A stretch of 17,481 nt of DNA from a virus (taxonomy: Duplodnaviria; Heunggongvirae; Uroviricota; Caudoviricetes). The stretch lies in the IMG/VR virus record IMGVR_UViG_3300026473_000783; one strand, 5' to 3'. The notes under the pieces were generated by a model. That model saw only the letters and a program-made list of their open reading frames with translations. It was not told the DNA's origin and made no database searches. A program made the position numbers and the translations under genes. This document shows, piece after piece, positions 1 through 7,610 of this stretch (the first letter of the stretch is position 1; each line of letters starts with the position of its first letter).

Positions 1-507
1 CTACTTTTCATAAATCTTAACTAAAAAAGAAACAATATCGTTAATATCTCCTTTTAGAAGATAAAAACAATTGTTAGCCAGATTGATTCTGTCTTTTAAA
101 TTATGCTTTTCAAAATGATAAGCGCAATAATCAGCAGACAAATAATGATTTTCCATTGAAAAAAAAGAATCTACAAAGCTTATCAAATCTTTATCCAGAA
201 CAGTCCGGCCTTCATTTCTTAAATAAAAAAACATCGTGTATTTTCTAATTAACATATCTAAACCTCTAAATAGCCCTTGTTTTTGTTTATTGCTATTTTT
301 CGGATAAATTGTAGATACGAACATTGCGTTTTTTAACTTATAAGTATTCTCGTTTGATATATCTCTACTGTCTATGCTTAAAATTCTGTAACGTTTAGAT
401 AAAATGTGGGCTTTTATATTCAAATCTTCTTTTTTTAAAATATCTTTAAAAACTGAATAACTAACTCTATCTAAATCTCCTGAATTGATAAGGGATTCAA
501 AAATCAT
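1..507 (-). CDS. Hypothetical protein (168 aa); diverged paralog of the adjacent 504-1022 protein
   Basis: ATG at 507 overlaps the TGA of the upstream gene (ATGA); GAGGAG RBS upstream; TAG stop at 1-3. Shares motifs with its neighbour (KLKNAMFV/KLKYGMFV, INDIVSFLVK/VHDIVDLFIK). Confidence 0.8.
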   Translation of the reverse strand: MIFESLINSGDLDRVSYSVFKDILKKEDLNIKAHILSKRYRILSIDSRDISNENTYKLKNAMFVSTIYPKNSNKQKQGLFRGLDMLIRKYTMFFYLRNEGRTVLDKDLISFVDSFFSMENHYLSADYCAYHFEKHNLKDRINLANNCFYLLKGDINDIVSFLVKIYEK

Positions 508-1022
508 CGAATCTCCTCTTTTATAAATAAATCAACAATATCATGAACAGATCTATTATTTAAGATCGACACTATTTTTCCACTTTTAAAAACTTCCAAA
601 TTTAAATTTCGATTTTTATCTTTTAATTCTTTTTCAATTAAAAAAGGCAATCCTTTAGAGTAAAAAATTTCATCAACTAAAAAAACCAAAAACTTCTTAT
701 CTTCAAATAAATCGAAAAGAAGGTTAAATACTAAAAGTTTTCTCAATAAAATCAAAAAAGCCCCTCTAACACCTTTAGTTTTTTCCTTATCAAGACCATC
801 GATTGGTTTTTTCAAAATCATCTGAACAAACATTCCATATTTAAGCTTAGAACCTTCAACAAGATTAAAGGGACCGAATCTTTCAGTCTCTAACATTAAA
901 ACATAGCAATGAGGCATTACCTTTTTGACTTTAAATCGATACTGATGATTCGCTAGCTTATTTTTAATATAAGAAAGAGATTCATCGTCTATTTTTTCAA
1001 TATCTAAAAGTCGATTTAACAT
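504..1022 (-). CDS. Hypothetical protein (172 aa; start revised from 1097 to 1022)
   Basis: ATG at 1022 (MLNRLL...) has GAGG upstream. The 1097 extension overlaps the divergent gene and lacks an RBS. Confidence 0.8.
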   Translation of the reverse strand: MLNRLLDIEKIDDESLSYIKNKLANHQYRFKVKKVMPHCYVLMLETERFGPFNLVEGSKLKYGMFVQMILKKPIDGLDKEKTKGVRGAFLILLRKLLVFNLLFDLFEDKKFLVFLVDEIFYSKGLPFLIEKELKDKNRNLNLEVFKSGKIVSILNNRSVHDIVDLFIKEEIR

Positions 1023-1137
1023 AAAAAAAACCTCTATTTGATAGTATCGAAAAATTTGAAAATTGAAGAAAAAATCTCGAAACGATACAAAAATCACTTT
1101 TTTTTACAAATTACCCATTTATAAGATAGGAGACGTT

Positions 1138-2271
1138 ATGGAATCTAAACAAAAAACAATCAAGGTATCATTATCTGTTATGGCCAAAGAAGCTGGAATA
1201 AGCTTAGAAGCTGACTCTTTCGACGACGTTTATCATGGAGGATACAGCAAAAAAGATGTTCTTAATCAAAATTTATATTTTTCAAAAAAAATGGATGATG
1301 TTGAAAAATTATTCCCTTTAGAAGTTGGAATGGAAATGGAAAATTTGGAAAGAGCGAATATAGCCGATGCGATTGTTCAGGCTAGAATTGACGGATTAAA
1401 GGATAGTTTAGAAAAAATACAAATATCAAATAAATGTGGAGTAGAGTCTGTATCTATTGATCAATCAACTAATCAAATAATTATGGTTATCAATAATCCT
1501 GTTCAATTGATCAACACAATCGTTGACGGAGTCGGGTTAATAAGCGCAGATTTAACGGAAGATTCTTCAATTTCAGATATTGAAGCAAGCATTCACAATA
1601 TCTGGGATTTTTTTAAAGTTTACCCCGAATCTCCAGCAAGTTTTTACTTAGATGATAGATACACTCCAGACTGTAATTCAGAAGATTTAGAAGAAAATTT
1701 AGCTTTTAGACTTAAAGAATTATCAATCGAAGAAGTAGCTGAATATGTTAAGGAATGCTTAGAGTCTTCAAGACTTGACGAGAAAAGAATCTGGGAACTA
1801 ACAAAGCTTACATCTTTTTCTAAAAAAGAAATAAAAGAAAAAATTATTGAAATTTTTCACGTAGAAGCTTCAAATGCTCTTCAAAAAGCGGCTGATTTTA
1901 AGAAAAAAATGGAAACTAGCGAAGATGTTAACGAATCTATTCTTGAGAAAAGAATGGAAATGTACAATGAAAAATCAGGTCCTAGAGTTGGCGATTGGTT
2001 AGTTAAAAAAGTAAAAGGCGAAGACAAGTATTATAGATTTTCTCACAACTATGGAGACAGTTTGCAAATATCTGATGGGGGCTCTTTTTATTTAGGTGAA
2101 GGATATATCAGCTTTAGTGGAAGTTTAGAACCTTCAATTCCTTTAGAAAAAATGGAAGATACAGGTGAGAAAAAACTAGGTCAAGTCTGGTTCTTTAAAA
2201 ATGATATAAAACAAGCCGAAAATGGAATAACTCTTGAGACTGAGTTTCGAGTTTACCGATTAAAAGAATAA
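1138..2271 (+). CDS. Hypothetical two-domain protein (377 aa; start revised from 1063): acidic N-terminal part and a compact C-terminal domain of about 100 aa
   Basis: AGGAG RBS before ATG 1138. C-terminal GPRVGD...RFSHNYGD...GGSFYLG..YISFSGSL...GQVWFF...NG...RVY motifs resemble, from memory only, a recurrent phage/plasmid hypothetical family. Confidence 0.85.
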   Translation: MESKQKTIKVSLSVMAKEAGISLEADSFDDVYHGGYSKKDVLNQNLYFSKKMDDVEKLFPLEVGMEMENLERANIADAIVQARIDGLKDSLEKIQISNKCGVESVSIDQSTNQIIMVINNPVQLINTIVDGVGLISADLTEDSSISDIEASIHNIWDFFKVYPESPASFYLDDRYTPDCNSEDLEENLAFRLKELSIEEVAEYVKECLESSRLDEKRIWELTKLTSFSKKEIKEKIIEIFHVEASNALQKAADFKKKMETSEDVNESILEKRMEMYNEKSGPRVGDWLVKKVKGEDKYYRFSHNYGDSLQISDGGSFYLGEGYISFSGSLEPSIPLEKMEDTGEKKLGQVWFFKNDIKQAENGITLETEFRVYRLKE

Positions 2272-2278
2272 TTCTTAT

Positions 2279-2305
2279 AAAAGAGGACAAAATCCTCTTT
2301 TTTTT
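2279..2305 (+). terminator. Rho-independent terminator
   Basis: AAAAGAGGA-caaaa-TCCTCTTTT stem-loop followed by a T-run, 7 nt after the stop at 2271. Confidence 0.8.
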
Positions 2306-2386
2306 ATTAAAATCTCAAAATAATACAAAATAGCTATTGATTTTTCTTTTCATTTTGATAATGTATCAAAAGAAAGGCAAAATGAA

Positions 2387-2824
2387 ATGACTACAATTGA
2401 AAAAATACAACTTATCACACTAGCTTACATCGACTCTTCGAAAAGTCTTAGACTCAAAAATCAATTCTCTTCTTTTAAAAAAGAAATAAAAGCGTTCCTT
2501 CCCCTAACAAACTCAACAACAGAAAACGACCACTGGTGTTTATCTTTAAAATCCGCTTATAAAGAAATTAAAGAAATGTCCGAGTTTGACGCAAGTAGTG
2601 AAATTTACGAGGGAAAAATTGATGCTATTGAGCTTAATGAAATCTCTAATTTTATAGAATCTGTAGCTTTAAAAGAATACGAATCAACAAAAAATGAGAG
2701 TCTTTTAGAGGCAATCTCGTACTTAAAAGAAGTCGCCGATGAAAACAGGCCACGACGAATCGTTATCCCTTTAGAGGTAAAAAGTAAAAATTTAATAGCC
2801 TATGGAAGATCTATTGACTTTTAA
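2387..2824 (+). CDS. Hypothetical protein (145 aa)
   Basis: Open frame with genome-typical composition; GAAAGG upstream. Confidence 0.75.
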   Translation: MTTIEKIQLITLAYIDSSKSLRLKNQFSSFKKEIKAFLPLTNSTTENDHWCLSLKSAYKEIKEMSEFDASSEIYEGKIDAIELNEISNFIESVALKEYESTKNESLLEAISYLKEVADENRPRRIVIPLEVKSKNLIAYGRSIDF

Positions 2825-2890
2825 GGTACACCCAATGTTTTTTTGTTAAAAATAAGATATTTAAAACTATAAAACACATTTAAAAGACAG

Positions 2891-3076
2891 ATGAGTAGAA
2901 CAAACCTTTCCAAAATTACACTTAAAAGAATCAAGCTTTTGATTGATAGAGGTCTTTTCAAAGATAGAAGTGATCTTTTAAATAAAGCTGTAGAATCTTT
3001 GTGTCGCGATCAATTAGAGAAGGATTGTGAATCTATCGTAAAACCTCATTCAAAGAAAAAAACAGAAAAATCTTGA
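2891..3076 (+). CDS. Ribbon-helix-helix (CopG/Arc/MetJ-like) DNA-binding protein (61 aa)
   Basis: The pattern IKLLIDRGLFKDRSDLLNKAVESL matches the RHH helix-turn 'L..G.F..RS.....A' signature. Confidence 0.65.
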   Translation: MSRTNLSKITLKRIKLLIDRGLFKDRSDLLNKAVESLCRDQLEKDCESIVKPHSKKKTEKS

Positions 3077-3101
3077 CATTTGTCTCTATTCAAGATATTG
3101 T
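3073..3101 (+). promoter_or_regulatory. Sigma70-type promoter for the 3108 gene, probably leaderless
   Basis: TTGACA (3073-3078), 17-nt spacer, TATTGT (3096-3101); ATG at 3108 sits at the expected +1 and no SD is present. Confidence 0.6.
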
Positions 3102-3107
3102 TCTAAT

Positions 3108-3485
3108 ATGGAAAAATCAATTAAAAATATCCTTAATAAACTTCAAAAAGAAATAAAAATTTTAAAAAAAGAAGTAAAAAAAGCTCAATCTTTAAAAGAT
3201 AAAGATTATAAAAATGTAAATTATTACATTGATACAATGTCAAAACTTAAAAACGCTAGAGAAGACTTTAGATTAGTTTTATCATATTCAAGATCTTTAA
3301 AAGAAAAAATGAAACCAGATTTAAAAGTTTTTGAATTAGAAAGAGCTGAACTTATCATTTTAAAAGAAGTTCTACCAAGCGCACATTTCGCTATTGAAAG
3401 AAATGCTAAAAGGCTAAAAGAACAAAACAATAGATTCGCGGAAAAAATAATTCAATTCGCAGAATCCATAAAATCTCCAACTTAA
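3108..3485 (+). CDS. Hypothetical basic, coiled-coil-like protein (125 aa)
   Basis: K/E/L-rich heptad-like sequence; promoter directly upstream. Confidence 0.75.
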   Translation: MEKSIKNILNKLQKEIKILKKEVKKAQSLKDKDYKNVNYYIDTMSKLKNAREDFRLVLSYSRSLKEKMKPDLKVFELERAELIILKEVLPSAHFAIERNAKRLKEQNNRFAEKIIQFAESIKSPT

Positions 3486-3521
3486 TTGTAAAAACAAAGA
3501 TCTCTCATTAAAATCTCGAAC

Positions 3522-3887
3522 CTAGCGATCAAAATAAAGAATACCATCATCGCCTGTATAAAAATAAATCTCTCCAAATTTATGGGAAAGATTTGTTAAT
3601 TTTTCACCAATCTCTTTTTCATAATCGCCATCCCAAAAACCTGAACCATGTCTATTTCGCGTAAGCCAAAAATCATGACCAATATGATCTTCATCTGTGT
3701 CAGATTTCTCGATAAGATCTTTCGCTTTTTCTCTAAACAAGTCGCAGTCTTTTTTAGCTTTTTCAACGACTTCTTCTGATAAATCCTCAATTGAGAATAA
3801 AGAATCCAGAGGAGTTCCTTCTTCATTTGTAGACGACCATAAGGCACAAGTCAAATAACCTCTTAGCATTTTATCGTTAATTTCCAT
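3522..3887 (-). CDS. Conserved phage-type hypothetical protein (121 aa) with a GHDFWLTRNxHGxGFWD motif
   Basis: AGGAGG RBS. YLTCALWSS and GHDFWLTRNRHGSGFWD motifs recalled from phage hypothetical proteins; function unknown. Confidence 0.85.
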   Translation of the reverse strand: MEINDKMLRGYLTCALWSSTNEEGTPLDSLFSIEDLSEEVVEKAKKDCDLFREKAKDLIEKSDTDEDHIGHDFWLTRNRHGSGFWDGDYEKEIGEKLTNLSHKFGEIYFYTGDDGILYFDR

Positions 3888-3896
3888 AAATTCCTC

Positions 3897-4415
3897 CTAA
3901 TTCGTCATATTTTGGCTTAAAAATAGAATAGCTGAATCAAATCCTCTTTTTACTTCAATTTTGTCCTCTTCAGTAAAGTTTGAATCTTTATTAAAAAAGA
4001 ACTTATCGGTAAAATTTTCAAATTCAACAATTTTATCTGAAAATTCATCTGTTTGGATATTCAAACTTCTCGTCGCATCAATCAAGTCAACTAAAGTATT
4101 GGCATGATCCATATCGAATTGAACATAACTATAAGTACTTGAAAGAGCCAATGCTTTTAAAGTTTGAAGATCTTCAATCAAGCTTTTATGATCAAAAACT
4201 GTCGTTAAAAGCTCAATAGATTTAATCGTCTCACCGCTGACAAAGTCGAAATAATCAGAACTTCTATCTTCACCTTCAGTCAATGGTTTGTTTCCAATTT
4301 CTTCTATTTGATAATCTTTAATAGAATAAACAGTAAATCCGCGTCCCTGAACTTCAAGAACAACAGATCCGTCGTCTTCTAAAAAAACTCTATGGCTCAT
4401 TTTTGCTTTTATCAT
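3897..4415 (-). CDS. Hypothetical acidic protein (172 aa; start revised from TTG 4427 to ATG 4415)
   Basis: GGAGA at 4425-4421 lies 5 nt before ATG 4415 and overlaps the track's TTG start. Confidence 0.75.
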   Translation of the reverse strand: MIKAKMSHRVFLEDDGSVVLEVQGRGFTVYSIKDYQIEEIGNKPLTEGEDRSSDYFDFVSGETIKSIELLTTVFDHKSLIEDLQTLKALALSSTYSYVQFDMDHANTLVDLIDATRSLNIQTDEFSDKIVEFENFTDKFFFNKDSNFTEEDKIEVKRGFDSAILFLSQNMTN

Positions 4416-4463
4416 ATAAATCTCCAAAATTTAAATGGTTTTTTTACAATAAATGATCAATTT

Positions 4464-4952
4464 TTACTTTAAATCTTTAAATTTTATAGATTCGCGAACA
4501 ATCATTAAAGCTTTTCCAAGTAAATTAAGCCCATTCCAGTTATTCTCGTCTAAAATAGAATCATCTAAATAATGAATTCCAACTCCCCAAATTTTATCAT
4601 AAGGAGATCCTTCGACTAACACTTTACAACTTGTATCTAATAGCATTTTTTTAAGATCTTGATTTTGTCCAAATTTTAAAGCTAACCCATCGACCATTAT
4701 TTGAAATCTAACCTCTTCCCAGATTTTTTCATCGAATGCTTTGATTTTCTTTCCTAAAGATTTTTGCTTATAAGGAGTTTTTGCTAAAAGAATTTTATCC
4801 AACGAATCAAAATCTTTAAAAGTTTCGGCTTTTTTCGCCATAAAATAACACTCACTAGAATTATAAACAATTCCATTTTCTTTTAATTCACAAATATAAA
4901 AGTTTGATAAAAACCCATCCCAAAAATAGATATGAGTATCGGTTTCTCTCAT
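4464..4952 (-). CDS. NADAR family (YbiA/DUF1768-like) hydrolase (162 aa)
   Basis: Family motifs LSNFY, SSECYFMAKKA, KSLGKKIK.FD...W, KFGQN..LK..LL.T, LVEGSPYDKIWGVG and NLLGKALM.VRE. GGAGA RBS favours ATG 4952 over GTG 4955. Confidence 0.92.
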   Translation of the reverse strand: MRETDTHIYFWDGFLSNFYICELKENGIVYNSSECYFMAKKAETFKDFDSLDKILLAKTPYKQKSLGKKIKAFDEKIWEEVRFQIMVDGLALKFGQNQDLKKMLLDTSCKVLVEGSPYDKIWGVGIHYLDDSILDENNWNGLNLLGKALMIVRESIKFKDLK

Positions 4953-4964
4953 CACAAATCTCCT

Positions 4965-5372
4965 TTAAATTGAAGCCTTTACTGTTCTACGAAATTTAGA
5001 GGAAAAATCAGGCTTATCTAAAACTAAAGCTTTTTTGATAGCTACTTTAATTTCAGTCAATGTAAATGGTTTGTCTATAAAACCATCAACTCCAATTTTT
5101 ATCGCTTTTTTCACAAGCTCTCGGTCATTACTTCCTGTCATCAATAGGATTGGAGGAACTTTTTCCATGGAAACAACATATCTCGTTAAAAGAGTTAGAG
5201 AATCCCCATCTGGTAAATTGATATCAGATAGAATTAAATTATAGCTTGAGCTGGATAAAAAAGCTTCTGCCTCAATTAAATCATTACAAGTATCAAAATC
5301 GTATTCTTTCATTGCCTCTTTAACGATTTCACAAACTTCTCCATCATCTTCGATCAATAAAATTTTAGCCAT
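4965..5372 (-). CDS. Single-domain response regulator (REC/CheY-like), orphan (135 aa)
   Basis: ILLIEDD acidic pocket, LILSDINLPD phospho-acceptor Asp, LMTG switch Thr and FIDKPF Lys-Pro; no output domain; GAGG RBS. Confidence 0.92.
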   Translation of the reverse strand: MAKILLIEDDGEVCEIVKEAMKEYDFDTCNDLIEAEAFLSSSSYNLILSDINLPDGDSLTLLTRYVVSMEKVPPILLMTGSNDRELVKKAIKIGVDGFIDKPFTLTEIKVAIKKALVLDKPDFSSKFRRTVKASI

Positions 5373-5438
5373 AAAAAAACCTCTTTATAGCTATATCTTA
5401 TTTTATTAAAAAATATAAAAAATCTCGAAACAAGACAG

Positions 5439-5927
5439 TTATTTTTTTCTTTTATATAAAGTATGAGACAGATATTCAATGTTTTCATTTAAAACAAACT
5501 TATCTTTACTTTCAATTAAATCTTCCATTTGTTTTTTAGCTTCAAAATATCTCTCAATAACTTCTATCTCGTATTGATGTTGATTCAAAAATACAAACTG
5601 TCTAGACTCTTGAGCGGGATGTTCCGTATCAATCGATAAATCATCAATATAGCAGATAGCTCCATTCTCAAATTTAGATAAAAGAACTTCTTCCAAAATC
5701 TCAACATGAGCAAATCTATAATTCGGATCTAAACTTTCTTTAGATTCTTTAAAATCAGAATCTCTAGCAGAATAAAAATAAACCGTATCTCCAACTTCAA
5801 AAGACACAATCATATCGCTTTCCAGAATTTTAGCGACATAAACTTTTTCACAATTACAATTTTTAGCACCAAGAATTGCTTGTTCAATTGTCGATTTCAT
5901 ATGAGGGTTATTTGTCCATTTTTCCAT
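5439..5927 (-). CDS. Hypothetical protein (162 aa)
   Basis: AGGA RBS; co-oriented 9 nt downstream of the 5937-6725 gene. Confidence 0.75.
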   Translation of the reverse strand: MEKWTNNPHMKSTIEQAILGAKNCNCEKVYVAKILESDMIVSFEVGDTVYFYSARDSDFKESKESLDPNYRFAHVEILEEVLLSKFENGAICYIDDLSIDTEHPAQESRQFVFLNQHQYEIEVIERYFEAKKQMEDLIESKDKFVLNENIEYLSHTLYKRKK

Positions 5928-5936
5928 AAATATATC

Positions 5937-6725
5937 CTATTTAATTTTTAAAAAACCATGATCAAGACAATAATCAAGTCCGAAGCTATAATCTTCATGG
6001 CAATGATCACATCTGTAAAATTCTGCGGTTGGCTCATGAGATGACTCATTTACACTTCCACACTTAACACAAAATCCATGAAATTTAGATCTTTTCTCTA
6101 AATAATCGGATTGTTTAAGATTTAAATGTTTAATTTCAAAATCAATCTTAGGCTTTTCTCGACTCAACTCTTTAATGATTTGATCTTTATCTAAAAAACA
6201 TCGAACCACATCTTCGCCATTCTTATAATCGACAAAAACAGAATTTATCGGTTGTTGAGCTAGCCACCACAAACCTAAATGTTTATAAGATTCTCCGAAT
6301 TCAATTCTAACAAATTCTTTAAATTGCGAATAAGTCTCAATCAATGAATCTGACAACTTCCAGTTTAAAATAAAACCCTTCTCAGTCAACAAGTCTCGAC
6401 TAATCTCAAAAGATTGACCTCTTCCCCAATTTAAATGAAAAAACTCATCAATTCTTGGAGAATCATACCTATCTTCTCTTTTCTCATATTCTAAATAAAA
6501 GAATTGTTCCTGAATTGCGAATTGAACCAGTTCTTGTTGAGACTTTCCTAAATTTTTCAATTCCTCACTAAGTTGAAACGGAAGAACAGAGGTTTCTCTC
6601 ACTAAATGTTTATAATTTTGAATGTTTAAAATGATTCTTTCACGATTTTCAACTATTGATTCTTCAATGAATGATTCAAATCCTGAAATTTTATCTTTAA
6701 GTTCCATTTTTTTTAACTGGTCCAT
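5937..6725 (-). CDS. Hypothetical protein (262 aa) with a C-terminal zinc ribbon
   Basis: GAGG RBS; C-terminal GFCVKCG...EP.A..YRCDHC has CxxC...CxxC. Confidence 0.82.
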   Translation of the reverse strand: MDQLKKMELKDKISGFESFIEESIVENRERIILNIQNYKHLVRETSVLPFQLSEELKNLGKSQQELVQFAIQEQFFYLEYEKREDRYDSPRIDEFFHLNWGRGQSFEISRDLLTEKGFILNWKLSDSLIETYSQFKEFVRIEFGESYKHLGLWWLAQQPINSVFVDYKNGEDVVRCFLDKDQIIKELSREKPKIDFEIKHLNLKQSDYLEKRSKFHGFCVKCGSVNESSHEPTAEFYRCDHCHEDYSFGLDYCLDHGFLKIK

Positions 6726-6953
6726 GAAGCCCTCTTGTTTTCTAAATGGAGAATGTCTTTATTTTAGTTGTTTTTTTTGAGAAAATTTACGAAAATGGCA
6801 AAAGAAAAAACAAAAACAAAAATTGAAGAGAATAAAATTGGATAACTTGAAATATAGTAAGATAGTGGTGATATTGTTAAAAATTCGATCATATCAAAAA
6901 AATACCGCTTTTTTCTATGAAAATCTATTTAATATAAGAGAAATGAGGCTAAA

Positions 6954-7190
6954 ATGCTATTTTCAGAAAAAATTAAAGAACTCTTATTAGATAAAGGATA
7001 TATGATCGTAAACTCAGCTGGTGATCAATGCGCAATGAAACGCACAAAAAATAAAACATCACTCCTGATTAGACCAAATCAGGACCAAACCTTTACAATC
7101 TATCTTTCTCAAGTTGAAGGTGTTGAAAATGAATCGTTTCGCTCTGAAAGCATTGATCTTATTTTAGAATTCGGCGATAATTATTTTTAA
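6954..7190 (+). CDS. Hypothetical protein (78 aa)
   Basis: GAGG RBS; first gene of the rightward cluster. Confidence 0.7.
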   Translation: MLFSEKIKELLLDKGYMIVNSAGDQCAMKRTKNKTSLLIRPNQDQTFTIYLSQVEGVENESFRSESIDLILEFGDNYF

Positions 7191-7201
7191 AGAGGTGATG
7201 G

Positions 7202-7423
7202 ATGGATATTCAAAAATGGATGAATCAATTTAAAGAGGAATTTTGGAAAATAACTCCTCACTCTCAAAAAGGTCGAGAAAGCCTTGAAGATAAGGTTGCT
7301 GAAGAAGCCTTGGAATATATGCATTTAGAGCCCAAAGAAGCCGCTATAACTCTCCACAACGCTAAATACTGTAAAGGTTCAAGCCTCAAACATGAAGATA
7401 ACTGCTGGTGTTTTCCTTTCTAA
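7202..7423 (+). CDS. Hypothetical protein (73 aa), C-terminal Cys/His-rich
   Basis: GAGGTG RBS; ends YCKGSSLKHEDNCWCFPF. Confidence 0.7.
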   Translation: MDIQKWMNQFKEEFWKITPHSQKGRESLEDKVAEEALEYMHLEPKEAAITLHNAKYCKGSSLKHEDNCWCFPF

Positions 7424-7450
7424 AAATTATTTTTAAATAAATCTTTAAAA

Positions 7451-7475
7451 TCCCGTTATGATACATCTAACGGGA
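7451..7475. promoter_or_regulatory. Stem-loop sequestering the RBS of the 7483 peptide
   Basis: TCCCGTTA (7451-7458) pairs with TAACGGGA (7468-7475); the right arm contains the GGGAG RBS. Confidence 0.6.
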
Positions 7476-7482
7476 GATATTT

Positions 7483-7593
7483 ATGACTCAAATCGAATCA
7501 TTTATCAAAAATACAACAATAAATATATTAGCAGTATTTATCGTTGTTGGAATCTTTATTTGGCTTAAATTAGAAAATAAAAAACAGGTATAA
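7483..7593 (+). CDS. Small single-TM membrane peptide (36 aa), absent from the ORF track
   Basis: Hand translation MTQIESFIKNTTINILAVFIVVGIFIWLKLENKKQV*; GGGAG RBS; hydrophobic core followed by a basic tail. Confidence 0.7.
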   Translation: MTQIESFIKNTTINILAVFIVVGIFIWLKLENKKQV

Positions 7594-7610
7594 TCTATTT
7601 AGGGAGATTT

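Noticed and set aside
3224-3430. Minus-strand 68-aa ORF
   Set aside because: Antisense shadow fully inside 3108-3485; no RBS.
3596-3847. Alternative-frame 83-aa ORF
   Set aside because: Nested inside the motif-bearing 3522-3887 gene; no RBS.
5035-5244. Plus-strand 69-aa ORF
   Set aside because: Antisense shadow of the response regulator.
6795-6845. 16-aa ORF MAKEKTKTKIEENKIG in the divergent intergenic region
   Set aside because: No RBS, and explained by low-complexity A-rich sequence.
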